Assembly (NCBI GenBank): GCA_963745025.1
Contig: CAVUWD010000014.1
Span: 192,001 to 256,000 of the forward strand
Direction of reading: 5' to 3'
DNA from: an uncultured delta proteobacterium
Lineage (GTDB): Bacteria > Desulfobacterota > Binatia > JACPRU01
DNA length: 64,000 nucleotides
Part shown: piece after piece, positions 60,369-64,000 of the stretch
How the letters are laid out: each line of letters opens with the position of its first letter
How positions within the stretch are numbered: position 1 is the stretch's first letter
Notes under the pieces: model-generated
Seen by the model: the letters and a program-made list of their open reading frames with translations, nothing else
Database searches by the model: none
What the model was told of the DNA's origin: nothing
Made by a program: the position numbers and the translations under genes

Positions 60369-61532
60369 TCACAGAAACGAGCCCGTGGCACTCAACCCGA
60401 GCTCGGGCCAAGCCCCCGTGGCGATCGATTCGAAGATACCGAAGCCCTTGGCGTCGCCCTCGCGCACGCGCACGATCGAATCGCGCAGTTGATGGATGCG
60501 GCGAAGCGTTTGCGGCTCGGTCGTGTCGGGGATGCGCTCGCCGTCGACATGGCGCTCGCCGCGCCACATGCCGTGTTTCTTGCCGTCGAAGCCGAGATAG
60601 AGCGCCGTGCCGAGGTAGAAGCCCGAATCGCCGACTACTTCGAGCTCGACATTGCGGGTCTCGCCGGAGAGCATGTCGAAGGAGATGGTTCCCTTCTGCG
60701 GGCGGCGCGTGCGATCGTCGTACTGGAGCTTGGGGCGCACGCGGCCGACGCGCTCCTGGGTGCCGTCGGGGTGGTTCAGATAGCCGGAGAAGTAGAAGGG
60801 ACGGCCGTCACGCATCTGCAGGTAGTAGTGGAACTCGTAGCGGGTGCCGTCCGGCCGCTCGAGCAGCAGCGGCGTCCACTGCAGAAGGACCGACGAGTCG
60901 GCCAAGGACCGATCTCCGAAGTCCCGCGCCGGGCGGAGGTCGGTCGGCGGAGCGCCAACGTCGAGGCGGACACCCCACGAGTGGTCACGAAAGGCGAACC
61001 AATCGTCGGGACGGACCTCTTCCTTGTTCCCCTCGACTCGCACCCAGCCGGACACGGTGCCGGCCTGATGGTAGCGGATGACGTCGGAGACCACGCGGAA
61101 GCCGCGCTCGTCGCGTTGCGCGTGGCGGTCCTCGAAGTAGGGAGGAAGCTTCTTCTCGAAGGTCACATCGAACGTCAGCGGCAGGACGTCGTTCTCGTCG
61201 AGCCGGATGCGGACCTTGTGGAGCGGCTCGACGACCTCGTAGCTGAGGGGACTGACCATGCTCGTGGTGGGATCGCCGGCGAGCTCGCGGCTGGCGCGGA
61301 CCGTCCACTGCTCGTTGCCGCGCGAAATGCCGCCGAAGGCGTCCATGACGTTGCGGTTTTGGTAGCGGCCGAGGCCGAAGTCGATCTGCAGCGAGCCGTC
61401 CTTCTTCGGGATCGACAACCAGATCTTCTCGGTCCAGGAAAGATCGGACTCGGCGACGGTGGCGAAGGTATCGACGATTTGGTGGTTCAACCCTTCGTCG
61501 ATGGACAGGAGCTTGCCGATGTTCGGGGTCAT
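60369..61532 (-). CDS. conserved hypothetical beta-rich protein (lipid/steroid-catabolism-associated type)
   Basis: 387-aa ORF; WTEK, RYHQ.G, RDHSWGVR motifs. Confidence 0.7.
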   Translation of the reverse strand: MTPNIGKLLSIDEGLNHQIVDTFATVAESDLSWTEKIWLSIPKKDGSLQIDFGLGRYQNRNVMDAFGGISRGNEQWTVRASRELAGDPTTSMVSPLSYEVVEPLHKVRIRLDENDVLPLTFDVTFEKKLPPYFEDRHAQRDERGFRVVSDVIRYHQAGTVSGWVRVEGNKEEVRPDDWFAFRDHSWGVRLDVGAPPTDLRPARDFGDRSLADSSVLLQWTPLLLERPDGTRYEFHYYLQMRDGRPFYFSGYLNHPDGTQERVGRVRPKLQYDDRTRRPQKGTISFDMLSGETRNVELEVVGDSGFYLGTALYLGFDGKKHGMWRGERHVDGERIPDTTEPQTLRRIHQLRDSIVRVREGDAKGFGIFESIATGAWPELGLSATGSFL

Positions 61533-61659
61533 GTTGGTGGTCCTCCGATGCCGCGCTCGTATCTCTGTTGGCAGACGGCAGGCAAGTGATCGAAGGGACG
61601 AAGAAAATGACCTGAGAGGGCGGTGGGACTCCTGCGACGGAGATCTGATCCGGCGCTGG

Positions 61660-62637
61660 TCAACCGATGCGTCGCCGAATCAGCTCCACGTACTTCGGGA
61701 CCACGGGGCCCCAGGCCGCGAAGCGCGGATCGGTGGCGCGGCCGGTTCGATGGAGATGGAAGCCGAGACCGATGATCGCGGCGATCTTGCACATGCCGAG
61801 TGCCTCGTACCGACGGATCTCACGAGCCGTGCGCCCGGTCCCTGCCTCCCAAGCCGCGATCATGCGGGTGCGGTCCCACCACCCCGGCAGATCGAGACCG
61901 GCGGTCGCGATTGCTCCCGCTCCCTGATCGTAAAACGAGGCGAGGTAACCGAGATCGGTGAGCGGCTCACCGACGTGCGCCATCTCCCAATCGAAGAGGC
62001 CGACGAGTCGGCCGTCCCTCTGCCAGAAGCAATTCCCGTGCTTCGGATCGCCGTGCACCGGCGTCGGCGCGCCGGAGCACGGCGGGGGGTTGATCGTCAG
62101 ATCGTCCAGCAGCTCGAGAAGCGGCTGCGGAGCCTCGGCGCTTCGCGCCACGTCGCGCCAATGGGACGCCTCTTCGGCGGGCGTCTTTTGCGGCCCAGGC
62201 ATCAATTCGACCGGCATGCGGTGGACGGCGACGACCGCGCCGATCCATTGCGACGACATGTACCCTCGTACGTCTTCGGACGCCGCCGCCAGCCAGGCGG
62301 GAACCTGGTATTCGAACGCCTCCCCGGAGAGCCGCTCCATGATGAAGAAGGGAGCGCCGATGACGGACGGATCGGTGCAGAGCTCGAACACTCGGGGTAC
62401 CGGCGGACCACCCGAAAACGTGCCGACGGCGGATAGCACGCGGTGCTGGAAGGCCATGTCGTAAGGAGGCAGCAGGCCTTCTTCGGAGGGCTCCGTCCGC
62501 AGAATGCGGTCGAGCCCCTCGAGCAAATACGTCTCGTTCGAGTGACCGGTCGATAGCGGGACAACTCGTGTGATGGCCTCGCCGCCACTCAGGTACTGAC
62601 GAAGCCCCCGCAGCAGCCGCTCGGGATCGCGCGCCAT
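61660..62637 (-). CDS. APH/ACAD10-like phosphotransferase
   Basis: GHSNET, GAPFFIME, HGD..GN, DWEMA..G.P..DL. Confidence 0.88.
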   Translation of the reverse strand: MARDPERLLRGLRQYLSGGEAITRVVPLSTGHSNETYLLEGLDRILRTEPSEEGLLPPYDMAFQHRVLSAVGTFSGGPPVPRVFELCTDPSVIGAPFFIMERLSGEAFEYQVPAWLAAASEDVRGYMSSQWIGAVVAVHRMPVELMPGPQKTPAEEASHWRDVARSAEAPQPLLELLDDLTINPPPCSGAPTPVHGDPKHGNCFWQRDGRLVGLFDWEMAHVGEPLTDLGYLASFYDQGAGAIATAGLDLPGWWDRTRMIAAWEAGTGRTAREIRRYEALGMCKIAAIIGLGFHLHRTGRATDPRFAAWGPVVPKYVELIRRRIG

Positions 62638-62690
62638 ACGACCGCGGCCTTAACGCCCAGCCGGTCGCAGGTCAAGCGTTCGGCGACGTC

Positions 62691-63292
62691 GTGACGGACG
62701 GCGCATCGGAAGCACTCGTGCTCGCTGCCCTTTCGATAGTCGTGTTCTTCAGCTGGTTCGGCGGGGTAACGGGGTACCTGTCCGGCTGGGGCGCCTATTA
62801 CTTCGGGATGAACATCCGCTCCGGTTCCTGGCCTCGGCGCTCGTCATGTGCGCCTTCGCGGTGCTCCACATGAAATCGGAGTCGGGTCCGCTAGGGCGGT
62901 ATCGCGGACTCTCGAAGATTTGGCTCTCGGCGGGCGTCTTCTTCGGAGAGATGTCTCTCTGGATACTCTCCATCTTCGGGAACTTCGGCGACATGCACAA
63001 CTACCGCTACCAGGCGGACGGATTCGAACTCCTCGTCTTCAACCTCCTCTGGGGCGGCACAAACGCGTTGCTCATCTGGTTCGGGGCCGAGCGCGCTGCG
63101 CGAATGCTCGTCGGCTATGGCGTCACCTTTCTCGTTATCCAGGTCTACACGCTCTTCTTCGAGTACATCGCCGGGGCTCTCGGACCGGTCGTGACGATGT
63201 TTGTCGCCGGCGGAATCGCCCTCTGGCTCGCGTTCTATCTGGAGGGGAAACGAAAGGCCTTCCTCGCCCGCCGCGCCTTCGCGCCGCCTTAG
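62691..63292 (+). pseudogene. membrane protein fragment (frameshifted, 5' missing)
   Basis: hydrophobic ORFs 62691-62873 and 62846-63292 in different frames. Confidence 0.5.
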
Positions 63293-63451
63293 CGTAGTCA
63301 CCCTGTCATTGGGGGGAGGCCGAAGGTCGACGAGGTCTCTCCAAGCCCGGCGTTGCCCAAAATCCGCACGGCAGCGACTCGATGCAGGCGATCCCGCCGA
63401 GCATTTGTGCCCCGACCGCCGCCGTCAGTCTGACTGCACGGTCTTCGGGCA

Positions 63452-64000
63452 TCAGATATTCCAAAGTTCCGGGAACTCCCGCGCAAGCCATCGGGCGATC
63501 GCCGCATTGACCGACGCGGGCCGCTCCTGCGCCATCCAATGGCCGGATCGAACGACGGCTTGCGACAATCTCTCGCAATCCTGACGCATCGGGTCCGCGA
63601 GCCGCGAGTCCACGGTTTCGCAGGTGTAATCGTAAGCCGCGTGCAAAAACAGGACGGGCATCGCGAGTTTGCCGCCGTTCACTGCCAGTTTACCAAATTC
63701 ACCGTTGCGCTCGTGATTCATGTACCAGGAGTCCGGCCCGAAAAAGCCGTTGCGCTCCAGCGCAGCGGCGTACTTGTGGAAGTCCTCCTCGCTAATGACC
63801 GTGGTATCGATCGGCACGTCGGGAACCACGCCGCCGGGGAACCATCCACCCTGATTGCGCACGTGCGCGGTGACCGAAGGTTTGCCCCTCCCGTCTGGGC
63901 TTCCCGCCCTGAAGAGCAGCTTGACCACTTTCGCGGGTGCGGCGTCGAATCCGGAGCGTGCCTGCTCGAAGCTCTCTTCGTAAAACCGCATGTACTCCCA
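63452..64000 (-). CDS. epoxide-hydrolase-like alpha/beta hydrolase (5' outside the window)
   Basis: WEYMRFY, GFFGPDSWY, MPVLF, SGHWMAQE. Confidence 0.82.
   Translation of the reverse strand, partial: WEYMRFYEESFEQARSGFDAAPAKVVKLLFRAGSPDGRGKPSVTAHVRNQGGWFPGGVVPDVPIDTTVISEEDFHKYAAALERNGFFGPDSWYMNHERNGEFGKLAVNGGKLAMPVLFLHAAYDYTCETVDSRLADPMRQDCERLSQAVVRSGHWMAQERPASVNAAIARWLAREFPELWNI

Overview
High-GC bacterial chromosomal window; the gene content (dksA, dapAB, radA, larC, LLM/F420 enzymes, many SDRs) suggests a Deltaproteobacteria/Binatota-like organism, which is inference only. 1-28 kb: two convergent respiratory operons. The + operon is actA-actB-actE, a CydA-only 'bd-like' oxidase subunit, two monoheme c proteins, a diheme c/EB_dh (NxrC-like) protein, and a USP/Mrp/radical-SAM cassette carrying five PCP_red-like domains. 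The - operon is actC-actD-actF, a cupredoxin/carboxypeptidase-regulatory-like protein and an A1-type aa3 oxidase (ctaD-E-F-x-x-C); it is heavily frameshifted, probably by sequencing error. Alternative complex III is therefore split into exported and membrane halves, each linked to a different terminal-oxidase-type module. Structured repeats are inserted in frame at the 5' ends of three genes of the + operon. 28-39 kb: housekeeping genes. 39.4 kb: tRNA-Ala(CGC) with a 3.2-kb integrase-less island (primase-helicase plus hicBA) bounded by a 26-bp att repeat and an 18-bp perfect palindrome that recurs at 55.2 kb. 42.7-64 kb: accessory mosaic of catabolic enzymes, toxin-antitoxin pairs and gene fragments.
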